Source of the DNA: an uncultured Anaerolineae bacterium
GTDB lineage: Bacteria; Chloroflexota; Anaerolineae; SpSt-600
Direction of reading: 5' to 3'
DNA length: 63,650 nucleotides
NCBI GenBank assembly: GCA_964655275.1
Contig: CAZZMI010000001.1
Location: 102,504-166,153, forward strand
Both the position numbers and the translations under genes were made by a program. Position 1 is the first letter of the stretch. Every line of letters starts with the position of its first letter. This document shows positions 47,238-56,621 of the stretch, one piece after another. Below the pieces are notes generated by a model. It did not search any database, was not told the DNA's origin, and saw only the letters and a program-made list of their open reading frames with translations.

Positions 47238-49411
47238 CGTGATTTCACCCATAATTTTAAAAAGCCTACAGATAAAGCCCTCTTGTCAGGGTTTACGCCC
47301 CCTGTAACATCAAAGGGGCTCAGGGCATAACTATATTCAAAAGTGAACTCGTTCCACCCACGCCTGACCGCAGGAGAGCGGAGCAGAAATTCCCCTTCCC
47401 AAACTTCACAGTCCTCCCATTTATGGAAAGCAATTTCATGCCTATTTAGTTTGATTAGCAATTGCTGCTGGCGGTCCGGTATGCAGAAAGGAAAAGCTCT
47501 TACTTGCAAGACATGCTCTTCTGGCTTTAAAGCAAGCCACTGGGCTCGCGAAAAAGTTCCCTGAGCCCATATGCCACCCCAATACTCTTCATCTGACCAG
47601 CCTTCTAAACGCACAAGGTTCATGGGGCCTTCTAAATCCCTGACTTCAGCTACGCAAATAGGGTAATACCAGGGAGAAGGTTCTTTCAAAGGCTCAAAGC
47701 AACCAATTGGCTTAAAGGCAGGGTTGGTAGCGATTAAGTCCCACATATCCTCTTCTCCGCCGTAAGCAAAATGGAGGAGCACATATTTTACGCGATATTG
47801 CCGGAGCAAAAGGCCAATGTCGGGCTCAGCCAGTCCTTTGGGATTTTGCATGAGATGTGCCCATAACGTGAAAAAATGCTGGGGCAAGGAAGAACCCGAA
47901 CCAGAGGCCGTAGGTCTGCGGTGAAATAAAGTTGCCCAGAGATTCTCAGGTCTGAGGGTTACAGTTGGGAAAGCGAGGTCAACGATGCCCTCACCTTGTT
48001 CTAAAGGTTGCTCCATTACCCACTTGTAAGCTGGATGAAGGGTACGGGGCAAAGGCAATTCGGCAGTGGGACTGGGCAATATTTCCATCAACCAGGCAAT
48101 AGCTACTATATAGCGCAATGCCTTTGGAAAATGTCTCAAAGCTATTCCAGCCAGAGTCATAACCCCCAGCCCCCCAACCAAAGCATAACGGGAGGCCACA
48201 CGCCCCAGTTCCCAAAAGGGAATTAAGGCCGTTAAAAGAAAGCCTGGCAAAGGAATGCCTGTATCAAAAGGCGATTCAAGCCAGGGGGAATTAAAGACCA
48301 AGGGTTTCAGGGCATGCCCCAACCCCCATATTAATGCATTTAAAGGGCGGAAGAGGGGAAATTCTATCACCTTACCGTCCCATTTAAGCAATGGCCCTAA
48401 CCCTAAGGTTAATCCAATTATTGCTAAACTCAGGAGGCTCCGGGAGCGTGTTTCCTTTCGCAGAATTATGATCGACCCTATTAAAGCCAATATCCATGTA
48501 CTCAAGCCAAAGTTTGGGGTCTCGGTCTCACTATATGGACCATGATATATTGAACGAGCAACCTTTTGAATCATTGGAATGGGGTGGTAAGCGGAAGGAG
48601 CAAACAAACTGTTCAAGCTCGCCCCCCAGTAAACATTATGATCCACTCCAAAAAACAGGGTTTTATCCTGCTGGCGACCTGTAAATTGAAGTGCAAGTAC
48701 TGGCGAAGCTAAAACGCAGGCTATAAGGGCTGACATTAGAAACTGCTTTAGCCTCTTTTTCTGGAAAATCTGAAGCCCCCAGAGGGCAAAAACCATGGCT
48801 CCGATGAAAAGGCTGTAAAGGGCAAAATTAATCATCACACCCCATATTAGGCCGATGGCAAAAAGCAAACGTTTTTCCATTTGAGGGGAAAAGGAGTATT
48901 TAACTTTCTCCATTGCTAAAGCTAACCAGGGCAACAGGGCAAAAGCCCATAGCATATGCACGTGTCCTTTCGCCCGGGAAAAATGCATTTCAATGAACGT
49001 GAAAACCAGAGCTGTAACGATGGCTGGGAAGCCAGTGATAAAAAGCCGGGAGAAGCGAATTGCCCCTGCCAAGGAAAGTGCAAGGGCTGCAATAACCAGA
49101 ACATTATATGCAAAAGCTTCTCCACCGACCTCATACAAGGGCAACGCGATGGTGAAAAGAAAAGGGGTGTGGGCTAATGTAGCAGTATGCCATCCGAGTG
49201 GATGAAAAACGAAAGGAGTGAACAGGGGAGAAGTGTGCTGAACAAAAATAGTCTCATGATACCATCTGATGCCCCAAACTACTTCCAAGACATCTTCGTA
49301 TGCGGGTATGTGGGTGAAGATGTTTTTTACTCTCCAGCCCCACGAGAACAATAGCGCAAAAGCTATCCACGGGCCTAATTTTTTAATTGTTTCCTGGCTT
49401 AAGGGTTTCAT
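47234..49411 (-). CDS. Polytopic membrane protein, probable GT-C-like glycosyltransferase, with C-terminal beta-sandwich
   Basis: At least 12 hydrophobic helices and a soluble C-terminal domain of about 200 aa. I preferred the ATG at 49411 (MKPLSQETIKKLGPW) over the TTG at 49447. Confidence 0.6.
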   Translation of the reverse strand: MKPLSQETIKKLGPWIAFALLFSWGWRVKNIFTHIPAYEDVLEVVWGIRWYHETIFVQHTSPLFTPFVFHPLGWHTATLAHTPFLFTIALPLYEVGGEAFAYNVLVIAALALSLAGAIRFSRLFITGFPAIVTALVFTFIEMHFSRAKGHVHMLWAFALLPWLALAMEKVKYSFSPQMEKRLLFAIGLIWGVMINFALYSLFIGAMVFALWGLQIFQKKRLKQFLMSALIACVLASPVLALQFTGRQQDKTLFFGVDHNVYWGASLNSLFAPSAYHPIPMIQKVARSIYHGPYSETETPNFGLSTWILALIGSIIILRKETRSRSLLSLAIIGLTLGLGPLLKWDGKVIEFPLFRPLNALIWGLGHALKPLVFNSPWLESPFDTGIPLPGFLLTALIPFWELGRVASRYALVGGLGVMTLAGIALRHFPKALRYIVAIAWLMEILPSPTAELPLPRTLHPAYKWVMEQPLEQGEGIVDLAFPTVTLRPENLWATLFHRRPTASGSGSSLPQHFFTLWAHLMQNPKGLAEPDIGLLLRQYRVKYVLLHFAYGGEEDMWDLIATNPAFKPIGCFEPLKEPSPWYYPICVAEVRDLEGPMNLVRLEGWSDEEYWGGIWAQGTFSRAQWLALKPEEHVLQVRAFPFCIPDRQQQLLIKLNRHEIAFHKWEDCEVWEGEFLLRSPAVRRGWNEFTFEYSYALSPFDVTGGVNPDKRALSVGFLKLWVKSR

Positions 49412-49539
49412 GGAAATGGTTTCCTGACACCGTCTTTGGTTGTTCAAGTTTATACCACCAAAGAACTAGTGGGGTCAAATTTTGGGGTTCATTTGCCGCG
49501 AGCTTTAGCCCACCCGAACTTGTGCAAAATTGAATTGCA

Positions 49540-50664
49540 TTAGGTTTGCTTCAAGAGTATTTCCTGCACTCGCTCAGCGAATTCAGCACTGGGTGCATCG
49601 TCCGTAAGGAATTGGATCTCTTCGGGCCTGGAGATGCCCAGCCCCAGTTCCACAGCCCGAGCAATCTGCTCCTGGGCAAACACAGGTCCGCGCTCCACTT
49701 CCGGAGTAGTGCCAAAGAGCCGGAGAATTGCCACGCCAGCAGCGTCTATGGCGACACGATCAGTTCCAGCTAAGATCACCTCTGCCTGAACCTTCTTTCC
49801 CCGCTCAGGCCCACCGGTTACAAAGGCTTCCACGCCATCAAGCACCACTAAGGCTGGTTTGTATGCAAAGTTGATTTCAGCGATCATTTTCCGCTGATGC
49901 GGTGAGCTGTGCAGCTCGGCCATGTAATCGTAGTAATCGGGGCCATACCTTGCTACCATGCCTACGGAGTTTTTAAGAGAGAGGGTGAAGTGCCCACCGT
50001 AACGGTGAGTCTTTAAGCAGCAGGTCTGAACTATGACATCGGCCTCCAATATGGGGCGGGCGAACAGGAAACCGCGCGACCAATGGCTCCCCGGAGGCTG
50101 GATCTGAACCCAGTCCTTCGCTCCAAGTTCATCTAAGACTAAGGTCCTGAACCCCAGCTCAGCCGCCATTGCAAAAATGCCTTTTTGCTCCATAACTTTG
50201 TGGGTTTCACCCATCCCACTCCGATCGGCAACGGTGATGGAATGAGCTTCCCCTTCCCACAGCAATTCTACGAGGGTACGGAGGACATCGTTGTGGGTGG
50301 AAGCAGGGGTGGGATCAGCGCTATTGAAGTTGGGTTTGAGTAAAACATTTTTGCCTTTTACATCCGGCATACCCAGGAGGACTACAGCGCGGCGCACTCC
50401 CTCCGCCCGATTTGTTGTGCGCACCAAAGCCACCCGCGCTGGTGGTTGTCCTTCAAACTTTGTAACTTCGGGAGTAGGTGAGGGGCAAGTTGTACTCGTT
50501 GGCGAAGGGGCCAGAAAGGTTGGGGAAACTTTTTCCTCCGGAATTCCGGTTTCATGGGAAATTTGCCAGCAGGAACTCAAGACCGGAGCCAGCATTCCCA
50601 CACCGATCATCTTTAACGATTGGGCCAGAAAAGCTCTACGAGATAAATCTTCTCCTACATGCAT
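49540..50664 (-). CDS. Tat-signal DUF362-domain protein
   Basis: Twin-arginine signal MHVGEDLSRRAFLAQSL...LSSC. DUF362 block KNVLLKPNFNSADP. GGAGGAG RBS before the ATG at 50664. Confidence 0.7.
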   Translation of the reverse strand: MHVGEDLSRRAFLAQSLKMIGVGMLAPVLSSCWQISHETGIPEEKVSPTFLAPSPTSTTCPSPTPEVTKFEGQPPARVALVRTTNRAEGVRRAVVLLGMPDVKGKNVLLKPNFNSADPTPASTHNDVLRTLVELLWEGEAHSITVADRSGMGETHKVMEQKGIFAMAAELGFRTLVLDELGAKDWVQIQPPGSHWSRGFLFARPILEADVIVQTCCLKTHRYGGHFTLSLKNSVGMVARYGPDYYDYMAELHSSPHQRKMIAEINFAYKPALVVLDGVEAFVTGGPERGKKVQAEVILAGTDRVAIDAAGVAILRLFGTTPEVERGPVFAQEQIARAVELGLGISRPEEIQFLTDDAPSAEFAERVQEILLKQT

Positions 50665-50829
50665 CTCTCCTCCTTTCATCTGATACATTACTGTGCGGTT
50701 CGGGAATGAATTATACTGGAGGTTCGGTGATAATTTCAAACTGGCAGCTCAGAAGCTCGCCGAGGTGGGTCCAGCTTTTGTTTGCTCAGCCGTTTGTTTT
50801 GAGTTATTATTTTACCTCTTTACCAACCA

Positions 50830-51266
50830 ATGGGATGGGATTAGGATTTGCCCTCCCCTCCAAAGTAGATCCAACTCTTGCCCCACCCGGCCACCATGTT
50901 CTCACGATAATGACCCTGATCCCCCAACCGGAAGCAGCGACGTGGGATCGCAGAGCACCGGATTACAAAGCCCGCAAGGCGGCCTTTGCCGAGGGAATCA
51001 TCCGGCAGGCTGAGACATTGCTTCCTGGCCTGCGCAAACACATCGTAACCTGGGACGCAGCAACGCCTGCCACGGTCACTCGCTACACCGGCCATCCCGA
51101 CGGCGCAATATATGGTTCTGCCATCGGCAACGAACGCCTGCCGCTGCAGACTCCGATCCGGAACCTTTACATCGTTGGTGCCAGCTCATGGCCGGGAAGC
51201 GGTGTGGAAGCAGTGGTCATATCCGGTATAACGGTAGCCAATTTGATTTTGCCCTCAAGTTCGTAA
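50830..51266 (+). pseudogene. C-terminal fragment (about 145 aa) of a CrtI-like FAD-dependent oxidoreductase (phytoene-desaturase family)
   Basis: PSKVDPTLAPPGHHVL, ATPATVTRYTGHPDGAIYG and NLYIVGASSWPGSGVEAVVISG match only the last third of this roughly 500-aa family. The upstream part of track ORF 50478..51266 is antisense to the DUF362 gene and shows no homology. Confidence 0.6.
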
Positions 51267-51336
51267 AAAATGCCTGGAAGCACTGGCCTCTGACTCCCGC
51301 TCGCCTGCCAGGCGCTGAGGTTGGCAGGTTGTGCTT

Positions 51337-51365
51337 TTGCTTTCTCCTCCTCTTCGTGCTATAGT
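51337..51365 (+). promoter_or_regulatory. Candidate promoter of the ABC-2 exporter operon
   Basis: TTGCTT (51337..51342), 17 nt spacer, TATAGT (51360..51365) with a TG at -15/-14, 25 nt before the ATG at 51390. Confidence 0.5.
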
Positions 51366-51389
51366 ATACCCTAGTTAGGGGTTTGATTC

Positions 51390-52385
51390 ATGCCTGGCGA
51401 TTTGGCGATAAAAACCGAAAATCTCTGGCGGATCTATACAGTGCAGGGGAAGCGTCGGGAACCACGCAAGGAAGTGATCGCCCTCAGGGATGTGAATCTG
51501 GAAATACCGAGAGGAGAACTCTTTGGCTTGCTGGGCCCCAATGGGGCAGGGAAAACTACCCTTATTAAAATCCTTACCACCTTACTGGCCCCAACCTCCG
51601 GAAGAGCATGGGTCGCAGGCTTTGACGTGGTCCATGAATCTCACAAAATCCGCCCTCTGATCAACATGGTATCCGGCGGGGAAACATCGGGCTATGGATT
51701 GCTTACAGTAAGGGAAAACCTCTGGATGTTCGCTCAATTTTATGGAATACCTTCTTCTGAAGCGAACCGGCGGATTGAAGAGCTATTGCGCCGGGTGGGC
51801 CTTGCTGAATGGATGCATGCTAAAGTATCTCAACTTTCCACCGGGATGCGCCAGAAGATGAACGTCGTGCGGGGCTTTTTAACGGAGCCGGAGATCCTTT
51901 TCCTGGATGAACCTACTCTCGGCCTGGATGTGAATGCTGCTCGCCAGATCCGGCAACTTATAAAAGAGTGGCTGGCAGAACATCCTAATCGCACCATCCT
52001 TTTGACCACCCATTACATGCAGGAAGCCGATGAATTATGCGATCGGGTGGCTATAATTGACCAGGGCAGGATAGTAGCCTGTGATTCTCCGGCAGCTTTG
52101 AAGCAACGCCTCCAACGAGAAGCTATCTTTGAGCTGGATATAACTTATCCCAACGATCTGGCCCCTCGCTCACTGGAGGCTATTTCTGGTGTTCGGCGAG
52201 CTCTGGTCTCTGAAACTGATACGGGTGCAAAGCTGGATTTGGTACTGGAAGAAGAGTCAGTTCTGGCTGAAGTTATCCATGTTCTGAGCACGCACTCTAT
52301 TCAAGTACGGCGATTAACCAAGCGCGAACCGACCCTGGAGGATGTCTTTGTGGAGCTGGTGGGTCGCCCATTTGATGAAGAGTAA
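51390..52385 (+). CDS. ABC transporter ATP-binding protein (DrrA / ABC-2 type exporter)
   Basis: GPNGAGKTT, LSTGMRQK, ILFLDEPTLGLD, plus a C-terminal extension typical of DrrA-like proteins. Confidence 0.85.
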   Translation: MPGDLAIKTENLWRIYTVQGKRREPRKEVIALRDVNLEIPRGELFGLLGPNGAGKTTLIKILTTLLAPTSGRAWVAGFDVVHESHKIRPLINMVSGGETSGYGLLTVRENLWMFAQFYGIPSSEANRRIEELLRRVGLAEWMHAKVSQLSTGMRQKMNVVRGFLTEPEILFLDEPTLGLDVNAARQIRQLIKEWLAEHPNRTILLTTHYMQEADELCDRVAIIDQGRIVACDSPAALKQRLQREAIFELDITYPNDLAPRSLEAISGVRRALVSETDTGAKLDLVLEEESVLAEVIHVLSTHSIQVRRLTKREPTLEDVFVELVGRPFDEE

Positions 52386-53202
52386 AGCCAGGGGCTGGAA
52401 GCTTTTTCTCAAGACAGTAATAGCCCGCGCTTATCCGAGGGTTATAGCCCAGCAGAGAGAGAAATCGTGGATTTTCTTTGACGTTTTCCTCCCAATGCTG
52501 GCAGTTTCGGCTTACGTTTTCATTTACCGGGCTATTGGAGCTCCAGAAGATTACGTGGGCTTTGTGGTACTGGGTGGAGCGATGACCGCTTTCTGGCTCA
52601 ATGTTCTCTGGAGCATGTCCACCCAGTTTTACTGGGAAAAGGAGACGGGGAATCTTTCTCTTTTCATTATGGCTCCAGCCCCCAAGATGGCAATCCTCCT
52701 GGGCATGGCCCTGGGAGGTATGGTAGCTACTTCCCTGCGAGCCGGGACGATAATCATTGTAGGAAGTTTCCTTTTCCGGGTGCGATATTCTGTATTCAAT
52801 CCTCCCCTCTTAGCGGTGGTTTTTATCCTTACCCTTGTAGCTCTGTATGGACTGGGGATGATGAACGCTTCCCTTTTCCTCCTCTGGGGACGGGAGGCCT
52901 GGCACCTGGCCAGCCTGGCTCAGGAACCTATATACCTATTATCCGGATTCTATTTTCCCATCAAAAGCCTGGGATTCTGGGTAGCAGTGTTGGCCTCTTT
53001 GATACCACTGACTCTTGGCCTTGATGCCATGCGCCAGTTGCTTTTCCCCTCCGGTTCAGCCCTTGGTTTCTTAAACGTATACCTGGAAGTAGCGGGGCTG
53101 GCTGTTTTGAGTGTTATTTTCCTCGCAGCAGCCCGGTTCCTCCTGAATTACATGGAAAGGAAAGCCATCAGCGAGGGAAGATTGCTGGAGATACAGCGAT
53201 GA
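52375..53202 (+). CDS. ABC-2 type transporter permease
   Basis: Six hydrophobic helices. Overlaps the ATPase stop. Start is uncertain (52342 or 52375). Confidence 0.75.
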   Translation: MKSKARGWKLFLKTVIARAYPRVIAQQREKSWIFFDVFLPMLAVSAYVFIYRAIGAPEDYVGFVVLGGAMTAFWLNVLWSMSTQFYWEKETGNLSLFIMAPAPKMAILLGMALGGMVATSLRAGTIIIVGSFLFRVRYSVFNPPLLAVVFILTLVALYGLGMMNASLFLLWGREAWHLASLAQEPIYLLSGFYFPIKSLGFWVAVLASLIPLTLGLDAMRQLLFPSGSALGFLNVYLEVAGLAVLSVIFLAAARFLLNYMERKAISEGRLLEIQR

Positions 53203-54059
53203 AAGGCCGGTTGCTTTCAGCCTGGCGGGCTTTCTGGATAGCGACATGGCTTGGGTGGCAGATTGAGTCCAACTGGACAGACCCTTTGCTCTTTGCCATT
53301 TACTCCATAATAAAACCCATAGCCTCAGCTGCCATTCTGGTAGTGATGTATGGGGTGATAACGGGAGGCAAGTTCAGAGAACCCATTTTCCCTTACATTT
53401 ACCTGGGCAACGCCTTTTATATTTACGTGGGCTCGGTAATGACCGGCATTTCGTGGGCTGTTATAGATGACCGGGAACATTACCGAACCCTAAAATATAT
53501 CTACGTTGCTCCTGTTCGCATTTACCTCTACTGGCTTGGACGAGGAGTTGCCCGCTTCCTTATAGGCACCTTTGCAGTTCTGGTAACCATTGTTTCCGGT
53601 GTCCTTTTCCTTCGCCTGCCTATCAATCCCGGGCAGGTGAATTGGCCCCTTTTCTTCGCCTCATGGGGTTTGGGAGTTGTGATGCTGGCCCTCTTAGGGC
53701 TTATTCTGGCTAACGTTAGCCTTCTTGTAGCCCATCACTTTTTCCTGATTGGCGAGGCGGTAGCAGGAGCCCTCTATCTCTTCAGTGGGGCCGTTTTTCC
53801 CCTGGAGGTCCTGCCATCCTGGCTTCGCCCTGTAGGTTTCATAATGCCCATAACTTACTGGCTGGAATTAATACGCCGTTCCCTTCTCGGAGAAAGTACC
53901 ATAGCTTTCCCTACCCTTGCTTCTTTCAGCAATTTTGAACTGCTGGGAATATTGTTAGGTCTATCGGCTCTTTTTGGAACAAATGCCATGCTTTCCTTTA
54001 AATTGTGCGATTCCCTGGCTCGTGAGCGCGGCCTAATTGACCACACTACGAATTACTGA
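53199..54059 (+). CDS. ABC-2 type transporter permease, second subunit
   Basis: Six hydrophobic helices. ATGA overlap with the upstream gene. Confidence 0.75.
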   Translation: MKGRLLSAWRAFWIATWLGWQIESNWTDPLLFAIYSIIKPIASAAILVVMYGVITGGKFREPIFPYIYLGNAFYIYVGSVMTGISWAVIDDREHYRTLKYIYVAPVRIYLYWLGRGVARFLIGTFAVLVTIVSGVLFLRLPINPGQVNWPLFFASWGLGVVMLALLGLILANVSLLVAHHFFLIGEAVAGALYLFSGAVFPLEVLPSWLRPVGFIMPITYWLELIRRSLLGESTIAFPTLASFSNFELLGILLGLSALFGTNAMLSFKLCDSLARERGLIDHTTNY

Positions 54060-54158
54060 GAATTGTACAGGTTATGTGGCCCCAGAGTGTGTACTTTGGC
54101 TTTATCGGTTCTTCCAAATATAATGCGAAACAAAACCCTAACATCAGGAGGTAAAGCC

Positions 54159-56525
54159 GTGAGCGAGCACATGGATTTCATAGAGGCTCGTTACCAGGAA
54201 CTTTCCAAAAATTTCCACTACTGGGAAAAAATCAAGGACATAATAGACCAGCTTATTGACCTCATGCTCAATTACCGCCAGAGTGGCCACCCCGGCGGCT
54301 CCCGCTCCAAAGTCCACATCCTCGTAGCCACAACTTTGAGTGGGGTTATGCGGTGGGATATACGCCACCCCGAGAAAATTTTTGGGGACAGGTTCATCCT
54401 GGTAGGAGGACATACCGTCCCACTTATTTATGCCACATTGGCCGTATATAACGAAGCTTTGAGGATAAAATACCAGCAAACGAAGGACCCCAAATACCTT
54501 ATCCCCAACCCGGAGAAATATGCCCTTTACTGGGAGGACCTCCTCAAGTTCCGGAGGAACAAAGGCCTTTCTGGCCACGCCGAGATGGAGGGTAAAACCC
54601 TTTTCCTAAAGTTCAATACGGGCCCATCAGGACATGGTTCTCCCGCTGCGGCCGGGGAAGCATTAGCCCTTAAAAGAGCAGGTGCTTATGGGGTTAAAGT
54701 GATCGCCCTGGAAGGAGATGCGGGCCTTACCACAGGCGTCACCCATGAAACTCTGAACTCCGCCTGGGGACTCGGCCTGGATAACCTTTATTACCTTGTA
54801 GACTGGAACGATTATGGAATAGACGAACACCCCATCTCTTCTGTGGTCTACGGCTCCCCAGAGGTCTGGTTTGGCTCTCATGGTTGGAGAGTAGTGGGGA
54901 CCATGCGGGGAAACGAGTGGGGCCCCGTGACCAAAACTTTGCTGCAGCTTTTCTACGGCCCCAATCCGGAAAAAGTCCCAAGCGTTGCATGGTTCAGGAC
55001 CAAGAAAGGGCGGGATTATCTCAAATATGACTACAAATCGCATGGAACCCCCCACCCCCTCAACAGTGAACTTTTCTGGGAGACCAAGCGCCCCTTTGCT
55101 GAAAAATATGGGGTTAAGTTTGAGGGGTTTGGTCAGCCAGCCCCTAAAGATCCACAGGAGCTTATGGCTCAATACCGAGCAAACCTGGAGGCAGTTATCA
55201 ACGTCCTGCGCCAGGACCAGGAGCTGGTGGATTACCTGGCCAATACCCTTATTGCCATCGCTGAAACCGTTCCTGACGACATCCCTACGTTAAAGATAAA
55301 CCGGAAAGCTAATCCCTTTAAAGATCCCCGCCTTTACGATTATCGCAATTACCCTTCTAAGCTCTTTGTCCCCCCGGGAACTAAAGCGGCCAACAGGGAA
55401 GCATTTTCCAAATGGGGAGCCTGGGTCAATTACTTTGGACATAAAGAGTACGGCCGCCCCCTCTTCATCGTGTGTGCCGCTGATTTGGCTGATTCTACGA
55501 TGATTTCCGGCTTTGCTAAAGGATGGGAAGATTTTCCTGGCTACGGATGGTATGAGCGTTTTGGGTCATCTGATGGTATCCTTTTGCCCCAGGAAATAAC
55601 GGAATTTGCCAATGCCGGGATAATGGTAGGAATGGCTACGGTGAACTTTGCTGAGAACCCCTGGGAGGAATTTAATGGCTTTTACGGAGCTTGCTCCACT
55701 TACGGGTCTTTTGCTTACCTCAAGTATGGGGTTTTCAGGTTATTCAGCCAGCTGGCCCAGGACTGCCAGCTTAAGGTGGGCAAAGTTATCTGGGTAGCAG
55801 GTCACTCCGGCCCCGAGACTGCTGATGATTCCCGGACCCACTTTGGGATTTTCGCCCCGGGCGTCACTCAGCTTTTCCCCAAAGGGCAAATAATAAACCT
55901 TCACCCCTGGGAGCACAATGAAGTTCCAGTGGTCCTGGGAGAAGCCCTCAAGTATGATGTCCCGATAATTGCCCTGCACCTTACTCGCCCGGCTATAGAG
56001 ATCCCTGACCGGGAAGCCCTGGGGATTCCCTCCCATTTTGAAGCCGCAAAAGGGGCTTACATTGTGAGGGATTATCGGCCTGATCTTCCCAAAATGGGCA
56101 CCGTTATAGTCCAGGGCACAAGTGCGATGGTAAGTATTATCAAAATCCTCCCTAAATTGGATGAGGAGGGGCTTAATGTTAAAATAGTGGCGGCTATAAG
56201 CCCCGAGCTGTTTTCTTTCCAGCCGGAAGAATACCGTAACATGGTCCTCTCAGAGGGTGATAAGATTGATTCTATGTGTATAACCACTCAAGCTCGCTGG
56301 CTCATGCATGATTGGTTGTTCAACAAAATAGCGGAAGAGTATTCCCTTTCAGCCGATTGGGATAACCGCTGGCGCACCGGTGGCACAGTGGAAGAGGTTA
56401 TAGAGGAAGCGCGCCTTTCACCTTACTGGGTTCTTGAAGGCATAAGGCGATTCGTAAGGGATAGGGAAAAGAGGCTGGAGCGGATTGAAAGAGCCCTTAA
56501 AGAAGCCAGAGGTAAGGCTCCTTAA
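54159..56525 (+). CDS. Long, divergent transketolase-family ThDP enzyme (about 788 aa)
   Basis: SGHPGGSRS. ThDP-binding motif EGDAGLTTGVTHETLNSAWGLGLDNLYYLVDWND. Pyrimidine-binding and C-terminal domains are present. I chose the GTG at 54159, 7 nt after AGGAGG; the track start at 54063 is less likely. Confidence 0.7.
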   Translation: MSEHMDFIEARYQELSKNFHYWEKIKDIIDQLIDLMLNYRQSGHPGGSRSKVHILVATTLSGVMRWDIRHPEKIFGDRFILVGGHTVPLIYATLAVYNEALRIKYQQTKDPKYLIPNPEKYALYWEDLLKFRRNKGLSGHAEMEGKTLFLKFNTGPSGHGSPAAAGEALALKRAGAYGVKVIALEGDAGLTTGVTHETLNSAWGLGLDNLYYLVDWNDYGIDEHPISSVVYGSPEVWFGSHGWRVVGTMRGNEWGPVTKTLLQLFYGPNPEKVPSVAWFRTKKGRDYLKYDYKSHGTPHPLNSELFWETKRPFAEKYGVKFEGFGQPAPKDPQELMAQYRANLEAVINVLRQDQELVDYLANTLIAIAETVPDDIPTLKINRKANPFKDPRLYDYRNYPSKLFVPPGTKAANREAFSKWGAWVNYFGHKEYGRPLFIVCAADLADSTMISGFAKGWEDFPGYGWYERFGSSDGILLPQEITEFANAGIMVGMATVNFAENPWEEFNGFYGACSTYGSFAYLKYGVFRLFSQLAQDCQLKVGKVIWVAGHSGPETADDSRTHFGIFAPGVTQLFPKGQIINLHPWEHNEVPVVLGEALKYDVPIIALHLTRPAIEIPDREALGIPSHFEAAKGAYIVRDYRPDLPKMGTVIVQGTSAMVSIIKILPKLDEEGLNVKIVAAISPELFSFQPEEYRNMVLSEGDKIDSMCITTQARWLMHDWLFNKIAEEYSLSADWDNRWRTGGTVEEVIEEARLSPYWVLEGIRRFVRDREKRLERIERALKEARGKAP

Positions 56526-56532
56526 GGGAAAA

Positions 56533-56559
56533 TGGGGGCCAGTGTGCCCCCAAAGTTTT
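56533..56559 (+). terminator. Candidate terminator after the transketolase-like gene
   Basis: TGGGGGC-CAGTGT-GCCCCCA (7-bp stem) followed by AAGTTTT. Confidence 0.4.
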
Positions 56560-56621
56560 CCAACAGGGGCAAACCGCTAACATTGGCAATTTGCCCACGA
56601 AAGAAGGTAGGCCAGAAGGAC

